Shown here in pieces: positions 1 to 11,084 of a stretch of DNA of 30,495 bases. Each line of letters starts with the position of its first letter. The stretch's first letter is position 1. The stretch comes from a virus (lineage: Duplodnaviria; Heunggongvirae; Uroviricota; Caudoviricetes): the IMG/VR virus record IMGVR_UViG_2778261162_000001, positions 1 through 30,495 of that record; one strand, written 5' to 3'. The position numbers were made by a program, and so were the translations under genes. The notes beneath the pieces are model-generated. The model made no database searches, had not been told where the DNA came from, and worked only from the letters and a program-made list of their open reading frames with translations.

Positions 1-18
1 TACGTTACCAATACTGGC

Positions 19-393
19 TTAATGGCTACATACGGCAGTCGGTTTACGCTTACCATCGAACATCAGCTGACCGCTTTTAAATATCGGCGTCCATCCGTCC
101 ATGTGCTTACGTGATACTACGGCCAGGCACGGATGAATAATCGCGTTGGTGTCTTCTTCAGTCAGGGAAGACAGTTCCTCAGCGATACGCGGAAGCAGGG
201 TTTCAAATACCGTTTTCAACTGATCGAATTTCACGGTGTCGATTTTGCCATCAACAGGCAACAGGGAGCGAATGCTCCCGAAATCTGACATCATTCCCGC
301 CAGTACCGGCAGAAGTTTGCGGGTCACTTTCAGCTGGTCAAAAACGCTGAGTTTTGCCACGCGATATTTCACGCCTTTGATTTCGAATTCCAT
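19..393 (-). CDS. Putative tail assembly chaperone (assigned by position downstream of tail tube candidate)
   Basis: 124 aa ORF in the same orientation and tightly spaced after the putative tail tube gene; function inferred from gene order only. Confidence 0.35.
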   Translation of the reverse strand: MEFEIKGVKYRVAKLSVFDQLKVTRKLLPVLAGMMSDFGSIRSLLPVDGKIDTVKFDQLKTVFETLLPRIAEELSSLTEEDTNAIIHPCLAVVSRKHMDGWTPIFKSGQLMFDGKRKPTAVCSH

Positions 394-396
394 GTA

Positions 397-837
397 TTAA
401 AACTCCCCGAGAACCTGGTCAATCTTGCCGCAGTCAAACACCCACGGCATCGTATTACCGGTTTTAGCGTTGGCATTATCCGGTTGTTTCTGGAACGCAA
501 CACTACGTGCCGTGATGATGTCGCCGCTGACCTTGTTTCGGATCACAATAACGTTATTCCCCCATGTGGCAGAAGACTGGCTCTGTGCGTTATACGCCAG
601 CGACAATTTTTTATTTGTCGGTGATGTCTTCAGAAGGTTAACGGTAATCGTCCCGCTTTTATCTGCATGGAGACTGTGCATCACTTCGCCATCAGCACCG
701 ATGGTCATGGTGTTTTTAGGGCCGCCCATCGCAACCACAATCCCCTCTTCAGAACTTGCAGAACCGTACCCGAGGTCAATCGAACCGGTCGGGCCGGTCA
801 GCGTCGCAGTGACATCCATAAAAGAATAGGTAGACAT
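397..837 (-). CDS. Putative major tail tube-like protein
   Basis: 146 aa ORF immediately downstream of the 381 aa tail protein candidate; size and position typical of a tube protein; recognition from memory, no search run. Confidence 0.45.
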   Translation of the reverse strand: MSTYSFMDVTATLTGPTGSIDLGYGSASSEEGIVVAMGGPKNTMTIGADGEVMHSLHADKSGTITVNLLKTSPTNKKLSLAYNAQSQSSATWGNNVIVIRNKVSGDIITARSVAFQKQPDNANAKTGNTMPWVFDCGKIDQVLGEF

Positions 838-847
838 TCACTTCCCC

Positions 848-1993
848 TTAGCGAACAACGTTAATCTGTACGTCAGCGTAATGAACCGCGCCTGCAAGTT
901 TTATTGCAGCCTGAATCACCGGAGCCTTACGGGCTTCACGTTCTGATTGTGCCTGTTCATTCAGCGGCTGGGCGTATACGTAATAACCTTTGGGCAGTGT
1001 GTCACCTGATGACAGCTGACCAAGGTCGCCCCCGTTCCATACGCCCGGAGCAATCAGTCCATTCTGAACGGCCTGATCCAGTGATTTTTCAACATTTGAT
1101 AACAGTCGGGTAATACCGGCTTCAGTCTGGGGAACTTTCGTGGTGCTGGTATAAAGCAGGTTATAGAGGTTGGTCTGCACATAATTCTGTAACCAGTCCA
1201 GGCCGTGGCGTTCATCAAAGAAATCGCCGTTAGCCATCACTCCCTGCTGGAGGATAGCTGTATCATTCTGGTAGTACACGAACACATTGCAGTTTTTTGC
1301 ATCAATTGCCGATGCCTGGCTGACTGTCAGTGTTTCATACCCGACACCCGGCTCCTGCTTAAACTTGAGCGTAATCGCGGTATTACTGCCATTGAAATTA
1401 ACCGTGAATGCCCGGCCAAATGCAGATAACGCAGCGTATTTATTACCCGATGAATACTGAATAAAACTGCGTGAATATCCGGCGGTTTTCAGTTTTGATG
1501 CCAAATCATCGCTGGATGCAGTCTGCAGGCATTTCTCATCGCTTGTCGTAATCGCCAGAATACGGCTTACAGAAGAGGATTCGATCGCCGCAGCCACTTT
1601 CAGCCAGTCTGCATCCGGAATATCTGCATCGTCTGCAATCCCCAGCCCATACCATGAAGTATAATCAAGCATGGCATTCACAGCCTGCTCCAGCGTCTCA
1701 GGCGTGGCCTGTTCGCTGTCTCCCTTCGTTTTCACCCAACGACCAACAAAAACCTCCTGAGGTTTCGGTGATTGTGAGAAAAACACCTGCGCAGCCTTAT
1801 ATTCTGGTGATTCCACGCCAAAATCTTTTCCAATATCTTCCGCGGCAGAATAACGGCGAATGCGCTCACTTACCGGAATGATTGTGGACGGGCCGAGAAT
1901 GAGTAATGCACCAAAATTTCGCCCTGATGCTGCACGCGGCGACATGATCACATCAACATTAACAACGTTTGATACAGGCAAGCCCTGTGCCAT
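848..1993 (-). CDS. Putative major tail or sheath-like structural protein
   Basis: 381 aa ORF in the tail module, 4 nt after the preceding gene; assignment by position and size. Confidence 0.45.
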   Translation of the reverse strand: MAQGLPVSNVVNVDVIMSPRAASGRNFGALLILGPSTIIPVSERIRRYSAAEDIGKDFGVESPEYKAAQVFFSQSPKPQEVFVGRWVKTKGDSEQATPETLEQAVNAMLDYTSWYGLGIADDADIPDADWLKVAAAIESSSVSRILAITTSDEKCLQTASSDDLASKLKTAGYSRSFIQYSSGNKYAALSAFGRAFTVNFNGSNTAITLKFKQEPGVGYETLTVSQASAIDAKNCNVFVYYQNDTAILQQGVMANGDFFDERHGLDWLQNYVQTNLYNLLYTSTTKVPQTEAGITRLLSNVEKSLDQAVQNGLIAPGVWNGGDLGQLSSGDTLPKGYYVYAQPLNEQAQSEREARKAPVIQAAIKLAGAVHYADVQINVVR

Positions 1994-1996
1994 AGC

Positions 1997-2605
1997 TTAA
2001 TCTCCGAAAAAGATGACTGGTGCTTCCACCAGCGATTTAATACCGTACTCGCGCACAACCTTCCGGCGCAGGCGCACCGTCATATCGTAGCGGCGGACCC
2101 ATTGCTGATTAATAAGTTCAGGGAAGGGAGTCAGATCTGTGTAATCGCCAAGAGACAGCCCCAGCGCATTCAGTGCTGCATTGTTCTGCGGCACAGATAT
2201 ACCGTCACGAAACCGGGACGCATACACCATCCCCGCCGGTCCATAAAACGAAGCCATACACTCAATCGTTTCATGCCGCCAGAGCTGAGAGCCATCATCG
2301 GTCTGTCTGGTGAATGCCGGACTGTCATCACCTGACCATCCGATAACCCCAAACGCACACCAGTTCGTTTCAACCGGTAGCAGTGGCGGCTGCTCTTTCT
2401 GCCAGCGCGGGCGAACCATCCCGGCAGACAGACCGGAAACGTTACGCATCCACTGGCTTAACAGCCTGTCGAGCGCTTCGTCATAATCCGGATCGCCACT
2501 GGTTGGTATCAGCCATCCGCGCTCTGTGCTGGTGTTATTGCTCAACCGGAACTCCCCCATCAAACGGCAGCAACTCACAATGCGCCTGAACGAATCCGGC
2601 ACCAT
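1997..2605 (-). CDS. Phage structural protein of unknown function (head-tail joining region)
   Basis: 202 aa ORF co-oriented in the structural operon; the true start may be an internal Met because the N-terminus overlaps the upstream gene. Confidence 0.4.
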   Translation of the reverse strand: MVPDSFRRIVSCCRLMGEFRLSNNTSTERGWLIPTSGDPDYDEALDRLLSQWMRNVSGLSAGMVRPRWQKEQPPLLPVETNWCAFGVIGWSGDDSPAFTRQTDDGSQLWRHETIECMASFYGPAGMVYASRFRDGISVPQNNAALNALGLSLGDYTDLTPFPELINQQWVRRYDMTVRLRRKVVREYGIKSLVEAPVIFFGD

Positions 2606-2924
2606 ACGCTGTATACGGGTCGACGAAAGTCACACGATAATCACGGCCCTGATACGTCACGATATCGGCATCACGGCCAGTCTGTCCCTGCGTCAGTCGC
2701 TCAGTCGTCACAATCAGAATTGCACCACTGATTACCTGCCCGGCCTGCATACGACGGTTTTCCAGAGAGCGATCAACAGTTACGACTCCGGCAAACTGCT
2801 TTTTAACTTCGCTGTCGCTGCCGATCCCGTCCTCATCCACCGTTTGCACACGGCGTGTTACCCACAAATTGAAGTCGCAAAAATCGGGGTCAAAAAGCAC
2901 ATCTGTTACATCAAGAGTCGGCAT
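2535..2924 (-). CDS. Phage structural protein of unknown function
   Basis: 129 aa ORF, co-oriented, tight spacing in the structural operon. Confidence 0.4.
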   Translation of the reverse strand: MPTLDVTDVLFDPDFCDFNLWVTRRVQTVDEDGIGSDSEVKKQFAGVVTVDRSLENRRMQAGQVISGAILIVTTERLTQGQTGRDADIVTYQGRDYRVTFVDPYTAYGAGFVQAHCELLPFDGGVPVEQ

Positions 2925-3465
2925 TTTTATCCCTCACAACATGGGTAATCGCTCTGCGATATTGCCCGGTGTCAATTAATGGTTTCGCCAGTTCGGTTCC
3001 CGGGGATTCGCCAGCAGCACGCCGGGCAAGTTCCAGTGTTGCCCCCTTGCGCCCCCGACGAGCCCGGGCTTCAACAGTACTGTCAGCAAGCGGCGTAAAG
3101 CCGGTAATGGTCATGTAACGCCTGACGCCATTAGCGGCCAGTGTTCCGGCACGGTTGAGTGCGCTTTCTGCTCCCGCAGCATTACCATCAAGTGCAGCCT
3201 GCGCCGCGGTTTTGAGCTGCGGCACCGTCTGCTCTTCTGCCGATTTAACGCCGGGGACCAGGTGAGGTCGTGGCGGGATGTTCTGCTCTGGTGAGCCGTA
3301 TTCGTTGAGGTAACCGATGCCTGCATTACCAAACGGAACATCATCCCGCTCGCTGTCTTCCGAAGGGATGCCGACCAGCACATCTTTTTTGGTTAACGAC
3401 CTGAGCGCATCCAGAATGGCCTTAGCGTTATCCACCCTCGTTGTTACACCGCTTTTGAAACTCAT
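2911..3465 (-). CDS. Putative head-tail connector or neck protein
   Basis: 184 aa ORF between the capsid and tail genes; overlapping stop/start with neighbours. Confidence 0.4.
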   Translation of the reverse strand: MSFKSGVTTRVDNAKAILDALRSLTKKDVLVGIPSEDSERDDVPFGNAGIGYLNEYGSPEQNIPPRPHLVPGVKSAEEQTVPQLKTAAQAALDGNAAGAESALNRAGTLAANGVRRYMTITGFTPLADSTVEARARRGRKGATLELARRAAGESPGTELAKPLIDTGQYRRAITHVVRDKNADS

Positions 3466-3869
3466 AGCTGGCGACCGCCTGCACCGAACATCGTGATCAA
3501 CTGATAAAATTCAGCGCCATATCGGGTGTTATTCCAGAAACCTGCATCAGGATTCAGCGTCGCGCTGGTGTCATAGCTGACGCTTACCTTGTCAACGGAC
3601 TTTGAGGACTGAACACCATTGGTTGAACCGCCCGGACCACCAGCCAGCATCGCTCTGCTGTCTGCCGCCCAGAGCGTCATGTAGTGCGCAACGAACAATC
3701 CGGCAAAGTACGGAAACAACTTTTTGCCGGTGACGTTTTCACTCAGCAGTTCATCGGCCAGATTCAGACGAAACTGGATTTGCGCTTCGGGATATTTGGC
3801 AGGGTCAGCAAACTGCGGGAAGTCGCGGCGAAAATCACTTACCGCTGGCAGACTTTGATTCTTTGGCAT
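3462..3869 (-). CDS. Putative head completion or head-tail adaptor protein
   Basis: 135 aa ORF downstream of the capsid gene with translational coupling to the next gene. Confidence 0.4.
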   Translation of the reverse strand: MPKNQSLPAVSDFRRDFPQFADPAKYPEAQIQFRLNLADELLSENVTGKKLFPYFAGLFVAHYMTLWAADSRAMLAGGPGGSTNGVQSSKSVDKVSVSYDTSATLNPDAGFWNNTRYGAEFYQLITMFGAGGRQL

Positions 3870-4056
3870 TTTTTACCTCGTTACGCGCGTCTGTGGCTTT
3901 GCCAACGGATACTTCCGCGTGCGCACGAGTGAACCAGTGCGTGGCAACTTCTTCCTCCACAGCATGACGGCCTTTAACAAACTCGCGCCGTGAACCGTCG
4001 GGAAGCGTGAGCACAAACGGGGTATGTACGTGTATTACTGCATTATTTTTTGCCAT
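3835..4056 (-). CDS. Small phage structural-module protein, unknown function
   Basis: 73 aa ORF immediately downstream of the major capsid gene on the same strand. Confidence 0.3.
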   Translation of the reverse strand: MAKNNAVIHVHTPFVLTLPDGSRREFVKGRHAVEEEVATHWFTRAHAEVSVGKATDARNEVKNAKESKSASGK

Positions 4057-4098
4057 CGGGTCATCCTTAATGGCCCCCGCCAGGGGGCCATGTGGCTG

Positions 4099-5040
4099 TT
4101 AAATGCCATCAACGTACGAAATGGTTTCTTTGTACACTGGCTCAACCGCACCCAGCTTGCCGTAGTAAGTGACGATCTGATACAGACCGCGATACTGCAC
4201 CGGCACGCTCTGAAGCGGAACCAGCGGGTAGCGGACGTATTTTTTATCGTTGGTATACGCAACCATGCGATCCTTTTTCCCCACACCACGGCCTTTCAGC
4301 CATTTAACCGCGCGGATATTCAGCGGAACACCGTTCTGGTGATAGCTGATGGTGTTGGTCTGAAGATACGTCAACAGGGACTGGTTACCCGCAGATGAAA
4401 CGATGATGCTGGACAACAGAGCAAACTGCTCAGGCGGGATCAGCAAATCACGCGGAACCACAGAGTAACCGGAAGCGGCCCACGCATCAGACAGCACCTG
4501 GTTAATGCTTGCGCGGATTTCGTCCGGTGTTGAGGTTGCCCACGTTTTAGCAGCGTTGTTGACAGGCACGCCGTCCAGGGTAACAAGGCCTTTCAGGTTT
4601 AATGCGGAATCGCCAACATATACCTGTTCATCGTTATCCATCTGCCATTTCAGTTGCATACCGTCATACTTCTGCGTATCAATCGGGCGGCCGACCTGCT
4701 GAGCAGCCTGCAATTCTATGACCGTCCAGCCAAGTTCCATCCCCCACAGGTTCAGCGGGTTACCGGATTTGCCGATATCCACGTTCACGCCAGCAATAGC
4801 GGTTGAGTCTTTGCCTACCCAGTTTTTGCCATTCGGATTTGCACCAGTACCCGCAGCGGCGAAGCTGGTATTCGTCCAGCTGGAAATGTCATCTGCGATA
4901 GAGACATCTTCACGCAACTGAATATCGCGGGTCCAGGTGTACCCCACCAGTGGCAGGTTCAGCGTCTGGTCGAGTCGCTCCAGCTCCCCGATGAGAAAGG
5001 CACCAGAGCTGTCAACGGTTGCCTGATCAAAAGTAATCAT
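4099..5040 (-). CDS. Major capsid protein candidate
   Basis: 313 aa ORF located after portal, minor head, scaffold-like and decoration-like genes; size and position fit a major capsid protein. Confidence 0.65.
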   Translation of the reverse strand: MITFDQATVDSSGAFLIGELERLDQTLNLPLVGYTWTRDIQLREDVSIADDISSWTNTSFAAAGTGANPNGKNWVGKDSTAIAGVNVDIGKSGNPLNLWGMELGWTVIELQAAQQVGRPIDTQKYDGMQLKWQMDNDEQVYVGDSALNLKGLVTLDGVPVNNAAKTWATSTPDEIRASINQVLSDAWAASGYSVVPRDLLIPPEQFALLSSIIVSSAGNQSLLTYLQTNTISYHQNGVPLNIRAVKWLKGRGVGKKDRMVAYTNDKKYVRYPLVPLQSVPVQYRGLYQIVTYYGKLGAVEPVYKETISYVDGI

Positions 5041-5051
5041 TCGTCTGTTCC

Positions 5052-5558
5052 TTAAATCTTCCAGGAAATTTCTGCATTGCCGTCAGCATCAGCGGCACCT
5101 GTGAATTCAGCGTTGGTCAGCACCACATTTTTGCCACTGACTGACGTGGACATGAATCCACCCAGCGGCACTTTGATGGATTCATCAGTGGAGACGACAA
5201 CGTATACCGGGTCGCCTTTTTTGATGGTGCTGGCATCAAAATCAGAACCGAGATTAACAGTCACGTAGCCACGCTTCATGGCGTCGCCCGGGAAGTTCTT
5301 GCCTGTTCCCACCTGGCGAACCATGTCCGGCTGCGACGTGGTCGGATAAGGGCGCACGTAGATCCCCTTCACCTTGTCTGCGGTATCACCATCTGCCAGC
5401 GGCACGAAAAAACCGTCATCATCGTATTTACCAGCCAGGCCATAGGCAGCGAAGGCGTTATCGGATTTAAGGACCACCGGTTCGACGGTTAAGTCCTGCG
5501 GGCGAGAGACAGCCCCGGCAATGCCAACAGGCATCCGGTACAGAAATACATTATTCAT
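5052..5558 (-). CDS. Head structural or decoration-like protein
   Basis: 168 aa ORF between the scaffold/protease-like gene and the capsid gene. Confidence 0.45.
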   Translation of the reverse strand: MNNVFLYRMPVGIAGAVSRPQDLTVEPVVLKSDNAFAAYGLAGKYDDDGFFVPLADGDTADKVKGIYVRPYPTTSQPDMVRQVGTGKNFPGDAMKRGYVTVNLGSDFDASTIKKGDPVYVVVSTDESIKVPLGGFMSTSVSGKNVVLTNAEFTGAADADGNAEISWKI

Positions 5559-5561
5559 TTT

Positions 5562-6782
5562 TTACCCTTTACGGTTTGCCCAGAATTCAGCGTTTTGTTT
5601 GTTCAGGGAAGCGATACTGGTCATGCCCATGTTTAGGCGCTGTGCATCGCCGGTGGTGGTGCGGGTGTTTCGCCCTTTGGCAATCTCAGACACGGCATTA
5701 AACGCCATGTCGACCGATTGTTTCGGCAATTTGCGGATATCCGCATCACCGACGATCTGGCGAACCAGCGTTTTGTCAGCAGAAGCCAGAACCTCACGTT
5801 TGAACGCGGTCGGTTTCATCTTACGGCTGAGATCGATACCCGGAACGATAACTTCGGCACGCCAGGCTGAGTCACCAGTAATCGTGGTTTCCTCTTCATC
5901 GTCCTCGCCGTCACAGGTCGGATTATCGTCAGGCTTATTGTCGTTATCGCCCGTGGCATTTCCTTCCAGCTTAGCCAGCAGGGCTTTCAGTAATGTTTTG
6001 AGGTCATCATCACTGTCGCCGGTTGGACCTCCACCCATCTCTGGTGCTTTGTCCGGTAGTGGTTGCTGCGGGGACAGGTTGATGTTGAGATTAACGCCCT
6101 GCGGCAAATCCCCCTCATCTCCTGTAACCGATGCGGGAGCCGACTCCACCAGTTCGTTCATGGTGTCGGCATCTCCTGTCGTGATGGCTGCACGCATGCG
6201 GTTCCACCAGTTTTTCTTTTGATTTGCCATTGTGTCTCTGTCTCCAATTGCACAACGATTTCCGGCTCTGCCTTTGGGGACAAGAGCCACATGGTTTCCG
6301 GTAATATCGACCTGCTCGGCTTTACCTGGCTCGGTCTGCTCGTACTCCGCGTCATAGCCGCACGACACTTCACGCAGGCCATCTTCGATAAGCTGAATGG
6401 CGTTTTCGTCTTTGACGATAAGGTCAGCCAGCATCAAATCAGACTGCTCACCCGTCCCGCGCCGGACATTCTGGAGGTGCCCGACAGCAAGCTCTTTCCA
6501 GTTCTCGGGATTTACCAGCCGCACATTCCCGTTTTCATCTTCAGGATGCAGGATCGTGATGCTCATCCCTTCGAATGAGGCAAGCGTGGCCGGATGGAAT
6601 ACCTGCTCAGGAGAACGCGTGACGACTATTTCACCGAACTTATCGGGTTTCAGTTTTGGCAGGTCATCAGCACCATAGAGCTGCTTACCTGTTCGTCCTA
6701 TCGGCACGTCTTTGCACAGCAACGAGCCGTCAGCCAGCTGATAGCGGGTTTCCCCCAGCCGGGTATTGAAAAAATATTTCAT
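5562..6782 (-). CDS. Prohead scaffold/protease-like protein with acidic low-complexity C-terminal half
   Basis: 406 aa ORF with an Asp/Glu/Gly-rich central region (GDSDDD...DGEDDEEETT), located between the minor head gene and the capsid gene. Confidence 0.5.
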   Translation of the reverse strand: MKYFFNTRLGETRYQLADGSLLCKDVPIGRTGKQLYGADDLPKLKPDKFGEIVVTRSPEQVFHPATLASFEGMSITILHPEDENGNVRLVNPENWKELAVGHLQNVRRGTGEQSDLMLADLIVKDENAIQLIEDGLREVSCGYDAEYEQTEPGKAEQVDITGNHVALVPKGRAGNRCAIGDRDTMANQKKNWWNRMRAAITTGDADTMNELVESAPASVTGDEGDLPQGVNLNINLSPQQPLPDKAPEMGGGPTGDSDDDLKTLLKALLAKLEGNATGDNDNKPDDNPTCDGEDDEEETTITGDSAWRAEVIVPGIDLSRKMKPTAFKREVLASADKTLVRQIVGDADIRKLPKQSVDMAFNAVSEIAKGRNTRTTTGDAQRLNMGMTSIASLNKQNAEFWANRKG

Positions 6783-6796
6783 GTGTTACCTGCGAT

Positions 6797-7570
6797 TCAG
6801 GCGGGGTAAGAATGGGAGGTGGGAAAAACGATTTCTTTATAACAGCGACAATTCGGGAACTCGCCAGCGTGACCTGTCATGCCGTCAAGCGTTGGAGGTT
6901 TGCCCCATTCGACAAATTTACCTTCCATTTCCCGATGAGAATGCCTGACGTCACCATCTTCGGCTGTACGCCAGATATAACCATTCGAACCAATTGCCAG
7001 CGCACGCGCCTGATCCAGCGCGCCGGTTGCACGTCCAAGTTCAGTACGGGCAATCAGGTCAGCTCTGGACTTTGCTATATCACCCGATGCTGCTATTTCT
7101 TTAGCAAAATGTTCCGCTCTCCCACCGGTCACAACAGCTTCAATCGCCCGATTCTGGATGTCGTACACCCTGTCAGCCGCCTCGAGGGGTAGCGATTTAA
7201 TGTACTTAACCTGTTCAGCAACGATGGATTTCATCACCTGCCCTAGAGGGGCACTGTTTACCAGATTGCGTAGCTCACGGCTGATGGTTTTGCTGTGTTT
7301 ACGCCACTGCTCATCATTCTTGCGCACAATGTCGGCGGTAAAGTTTTCCGCGACCTTTGTCGCCCAGGGGGTGATGATTTCACTGTAGCGTTCCAGCGCC
7401 TCAATAATTTCCGTGATACTGTCATTTGAACCATCGTAGCGACCATTTACGATGTCCCCGACCGCCCGCGCTATCCTGCGTAGACTGGTTCGATACCGGA
7501 TTTCCGCCTGACGGTTCCTGCGGTTCGTCATCAGGTTCGCCGATGCCGGGCGGCGCTTCGTCTTCGGCAT
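6797..7570 (-). CDS. Minor head morphogenesis protein (Mu F-like / SPP1 gp7-like)
   Basis: 257 aa ORF whose C-terminus carries VRHSH and FPNCRCY motifs typical of the Mu F-type head morphogenesis domain; sits directly after the portal gene. Confidence 0.7.
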   Translation of the reverse strand: MPKTKRRPASANLMTNRRNRQAEIRYRTSLRRIARAVGDIVNGRYDGSNDSITEIIEALERYSEIITPWATKVAENFTADIVRKNDEQWRKHSKTISRELRNLVNSAPLGQVMKSIVAEQVKYIKSLPLEAADRVYDIQNRAIEAVVTGGRAEHFAKEIAASGDIAKSRADLIARTELGRATGALDQARALAIGSNGYIWRTAEDGDVRHSHREMEGKFVEWGKPPTLDGMTGHAGEFPNCRCYKEIVFPTSHSYPA

Positions 7571-8888
7571 TCTCTATGTCCTCGTCGGTAATGGATGCCC
7601 CGATGCCGGTTACGTCAGAATTTTCGCGCAAATCGGTCATAGCGGCTTTCAGTGTCATCAGACCATCACCCAGCGCCGTACTGATTGCGTTGGTGGTGTT
7701 TAACGCCACCGTTGAGCGATCGACATCAGACATTTGCCAGAGCGGGTTAAACTCAAACGTGAAATCATCCGGCAGCGGCTTGCCAAGTTCCGAACGATGC
7801 ATGATGTCCAGTATCCGACGCACCGGAAGACGTAAACGCCTCTCCTGCAACGAACTGATGCGGTCGTAATAGTTGGCAAGATCTGCATCACCGGTAGAAA
7901 ATCCTTTCGGGGACTGTCCGAACAACCGCACCAGTGGAATACCAACAGCGCCACTAATCTGTTCTGCAAACTGCGATAGGATGTCATCCAGACCACTGAA
8001 GCTGTACTGATGCGTTTCAAACTTATCCCGCGAGTCCATGAGCGTCATGCCTTCATTGCTCTGGAACTGTCGAATCAGGTCGATATTCTTCAGCAACGCT
8101 TCATACGCAGGACCACCAAGTGCGATAAGCTCGCGTAGCTTCTCCACGCTGTAGGTACGCAAATGCGCTTTGTAGACCAGCTGCGCCGCGCCGACAGTGG
8201 CGCTGTCGAACGCAGTAAGCCGATCCCAGATACGCTCTACAACCGACATTCCCCATTCGTTCTCGGTCATCTTCTGCTGAAATGGCAGCGTGACGCCATC
8301 AAAGCGAATCAGGCGACTGTGATGAATGCGCCAGGCAGGAATTCCCGTTGCTGTGGTCACCACATCGTAAAACTCAGGTTTACCCAGGTCCGGCCCCATA
8401 TCTTTAATGCGGCGGGTCAGTACCGGGTCAATCATCCAGCGGTCGAGCGGGAGAATCCCCTTAAACTTGCCTTTACCGATGGTTTCGGGTCGCAGCGGGG
8501 TCATTGGTGCCTGCCCCTCAATCATGATGAAACCCACCGCGCCGCCGTAGAGGCGCGACCATTTCAGCACGTCATTCAGCGCATCCCAGATTTGCAACTC
8601 ATCCAGTTGTGATTCTAGAATGCCACGATCTTTTGCATCAATTTCCGAAGTAATGCGAATGCCTTTGCGGGTCATATCATCCGGGATAGCATCGACTGCT
8701 TCGCCGATGATCCAGGATGAACGATAGGACCATTCCACCAGCATGCGGTTACGACTGGTGAAATTAGCCCGATAGGTGGATGCTGAGTGCTGGTTAGGTG
8801 TCTGCATCCCTACGCGGGCAATAAAATTCTCATAACCATCAGCTGTGGCCTGCGCAGTTCGCCGCAGGGCTTGTTTGTTTCGTGCCAT
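7422..8888 (-). CDS. Portal protein
   Basis: 488 aa ORF immediately downstream of terminase large subunit, with start overlapping the terminase stop and an acidic C-terminal tail; canonical position. Confidence 0.7.
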   Translation of the reverse strand: MARNKQALRRTAQATADGYENFIARVGMQTPNQHSASTYRANFTSRNRMLVEWSYRSSWIIGEAVDAIPDDMTRKGIRITSEIDAKDRGILESQLDELQIWDALNDVLKWSRLYGGAVGFIMIEGQAPMTPLRPETIGKGKFKGILPLDRWMIDPVLTRRIKDMGPDLGKPEFYDVVTTATGIPAWRIHHSRLIRFDGVTLPFQQKMTENEWGMSVVERIWDRLTAFDSATVGAAQLVYKAHLRTYSVEKLRELIALGGPAYEALLKNIDLIRQFQSNEGMTLMDSRDKFETHQYSFSGLDDILSQFAEQISGAVGIPLVRLFGQSPKGFSTGDADLANYYDRISSLQERRLRLPVRRILDIMHRSELGKPLPDDFTFEFNPLWQMSDVDRSTVALNTTNAISTALGDGLMTLKAAMTDLRENSDVTGIGASITDEDIENAEDEAPPGIGEPDDEPQEPSGGNPVSNQSTQDSAGGRGHRKWSLRWFK

Positions 8889-10510
8889 CAGGCCTGTCTC
8901 CCTAGCAGCTCCCAGATGTTCAGGGCTGAATTCATTGGGGCATAGTTGATCATCACCGAGTCGGCAAGGTTTGGCGACCGGGTTCCATCAGGCTGTTTAT
9001 CAATAACGATTTTTCCCACACCATTAATGGAATAGGTCGGCTGCGAAAGCTCGATGATGAGTTTATCTTTGAGCGCCATGCTACTGCTGATTGAGATGAT
9101 TTCGTCCGGGTTGTAAGCCATACCTTCAACCACGGCGCGCCAGGTATTCTGAAAAAGTTTACGTAACCGCCACCAGCTCTGGGCTTTGGCGTTAGCGAAG
9201 AAGTCCTTGTTCAGACGTGCGGCTTGCCCGTTGTCCCCGCGAACAGCTTCATCATCCGGATCAAATACCGCGCCACTACCTCGAAACGGTGTGGCGAGTA
9301 TTGACGGTCGGCGCGCAGCGTTACGCAGTTCGTTGATAGCGCGCGCATCGCCGCGAACGCCAGCGCCCAGCCCGTCCTCGTCAAAGCGAAACTCTTCGAG
9401 GTTGTCCTGTTCGCAAAAACCGAAGACCTTCTCGACGGACTGATAAATGTCGCTGCCCACACCAGACCATTCCCGCACATTTTCCAGGAGGAAGCCATGA
9501 CGGGTGGAAAAGGCATTTTTGTCCCTGCCTTCGTCGGCGACATCCATCGCGCCAAGTCGTTTGCCTGTTGGCTGGATACCCAGTTTGATATGCGCATCAA
9601 CGGCAGCCTGTACCCATTCTGATGGAATCAGAACGCCTTCCGCTGATGCGCTGTAGTTCAGATCAAGTTCCTGTGCCACCACCACCGGATTATCGATTTT
9701 CTCGCATTCCCTGCGATACCACTCTTCATCCTTGCGAGGATCATCCCGCCAGTGGAATGTGAATACCGGTATCTTCCCGCCATGACGCTTCTGAGCGAAC
9801 GGGTTAGCCATGCCGTTAACTGAACTCAGGTCGATACGGCAACGCGTCGTTTGTGACAACGCCGCATCAATCAGCAGAGGACGCTGAAGGAATGCAGCCT
9901 CATCAACCAGATAAAGCGTGGTACGGTCACCACGACCAATATTATCGCCAGCCTCGCCTTTGATAACGGCACCAGTTTCAGGAAACTCAACACGCATATA
10001 TGGCGCGTGCTTCTTCTCGCTCCACGAACCGCGAAACTCTACAGGTAGCGTTTCCACGAACTTGCGCGCCTTCCAGAACAATGCTTTCGGGTCACCAGTG
10101 CTGTCGACGTATTCCTCTTTACGGGAGCCGAAACCGATAACCATTTCTTTGTTGAAGAGACAAAGCGAGCAGGCCAGTCCGATCGCGGTCCAACTGAGCC
10201 CCATTTCACGGGATTTTTCGGTAATACCATTCTCCCGATTGCTCCAGCGTTCCATAATCCAGTGGATCCACTCCTCCTGCTTAGGGAAGAGTAAAAACGG
10301 AATGGTCACCGGCAGGCCATAATCAATATTACGCGGGTCCGTTGTCATGCCCCAGTCGATGATGAACTGAGCCGGATTAGTTCGGTAAAACTGTTTTAGT
10401 GCAGGCAATATTTCAGGATTCTGGCGAATGCGCTGTAGGCGTTCCATCCGCCATTCAAAAACCATCTGGTAATCAGGATGTTTAAAATCGAAGGGGAATG
10501 GTAACGGCAT
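8888..10510 (-). CDS. Terminase large subunit
   Basis: 540 aa ORF directly after the small subunit; contains an ATPase-like GxxxxGKT-type region and a C-terminal nuclease-like half typical of TerL. Confidence 0.85.
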   Translation of the reverse strand: MPLPFPFDFKHPDYQMVFEWRMERLQRIRQNPEILPALKQFYRTNPAQFIIDWGMTTDPRNIDYGLPVTIPFLLFPKQEEWIHWIMERWSNRENGITEKSREMGLSWTAIGLACSLCLFNKEMVIGFGSRKEEYVDSTGDPKALFWKARKFVETLPVEFRGSWSEKKHAPYMRVEFPETGAVIKGEAGDNIGRGDRTTLYLVDEAAFLQRPLLIDAALSQTTRCRIDLSSVNGMANPFAQKRHGGKIPVFTFHWRDDPRKDEEWYRRECEKIDNPVVVAQELDLNYSASAEGVLIPSEWVQAAVDAHIKLGIQPTGKRLGAMDVADEGRDKNAFSTRHGFLLENVREWSGVGSDIYQSVEKVFGFCEQDNLEEFRFDEDGLGAGVRGDARAINELRNAARRPSILATPFRGSGAVFDPDDEAVRGDNGQAARLNKDFFANAKAQSWWRLRKLFQNTWRAVVEGMAYNPDEIISISSSMALKDKLIIELSQPTYSINGVGKIVIDKQPDGTRSPNLADSVMINYAPMNSALNIWELLGRQA

Positions 10511-10512
10511 AC

Positions 10513-11064
10513 TTAGCCCATTATTTTTCTATACGCCTCTGCAGCCTGCTCCGGCGTTAAGTTGGTAATTTCTGTTCTGACTGGTCCTCCATCAGCGCCA
10601 GTCACTTCATTTTTGACGTTGTCTTTAAACGCCTGAACAGAAACATGACGCCCAAGCAATTCAAGATTTTTAACCTTATCAGGCCATTTGATTTTCTTCA
10701 GAAGTGCGGCGCTATCTGCGGATACCATCTCCACGACATCCATTCCTGATAGCGTTGTGCGCCATACCTTAGGCCAGTCTTTGATGGGTTTTAGCTCACC
10801 GTTTTGCAGGAGAATGTCAAGCACATCCATCTGGTCGATTTCAATAAGGCGATTAAGTACATATTCTGCATTTATTCCAACAGAGTCATTGCGTTGCGCT
10901 TTCAATTCGGAGATTCTGAATTGTATGTCAGGTTTTGACATGTTTTCGGACGCAGTACGGTTGGCTGTCTTTGCGCTGTACCCCGCCCGAATAGCCGCTT
11001 GCGTAGCGTTTAAATCGATGAGGTACTCGCGACAGAACATTTCTTGCTTGTCGGTGAGTGCCAT
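10513..11064 (-). CDS. Terminase small subunit
   Basis: 183 aa ORF beginning [30 protein letters not shown], a conserved terminase small subunit N-terminal HTH motif; precedes TerL. Confidence 0.8.
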   Translation of the reverse strand: MALTDKQEMFCREYLIDLNATQAAIRAGYSAKTANRTASENMSKPDIQFRISELKAQRNDSVGINAEYVLNRLIEIDQMDVLDILLQNGELKPIKDWPKVWRTTLSGMDVVEMVSADSAALLKKIKWPDKVKNLELLGRHVSVQAFKDNVKNEVTGADGGPVRTEITNLTPEQAAEAYRKIMG

Positions 11065-11084
11065 TGTTTTTCCTTGGGTATTTT

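Noticed and set aside
425-829. 134 aa plus-strand ORF fully overlapping the minus-strand tail tube candidate
   Set aside because: Antisense to a well-supported structural gene in a tightly packed operon, with no Shine-Dalgarno; most likely a chance open frame.
5521-6222. 233 aa Ser-rich plus-strand ORF
   Set aside because: Lies antisense to the 406 aa head gene; its low-complexity Ser-rich composition is what the reverse strand of an Asp/Glu/Gly-rich region produces; no independent support.
9186-9600. Two ORFs (85 aa plus strand, 129 aa minus strand) inside the terminase large subunit gene
   Set aside because: Alternative-frame or antisense ORFs within a conserved gene; Arg/Ser/Pro-rich composition typical of GC-rich off-frame translation.
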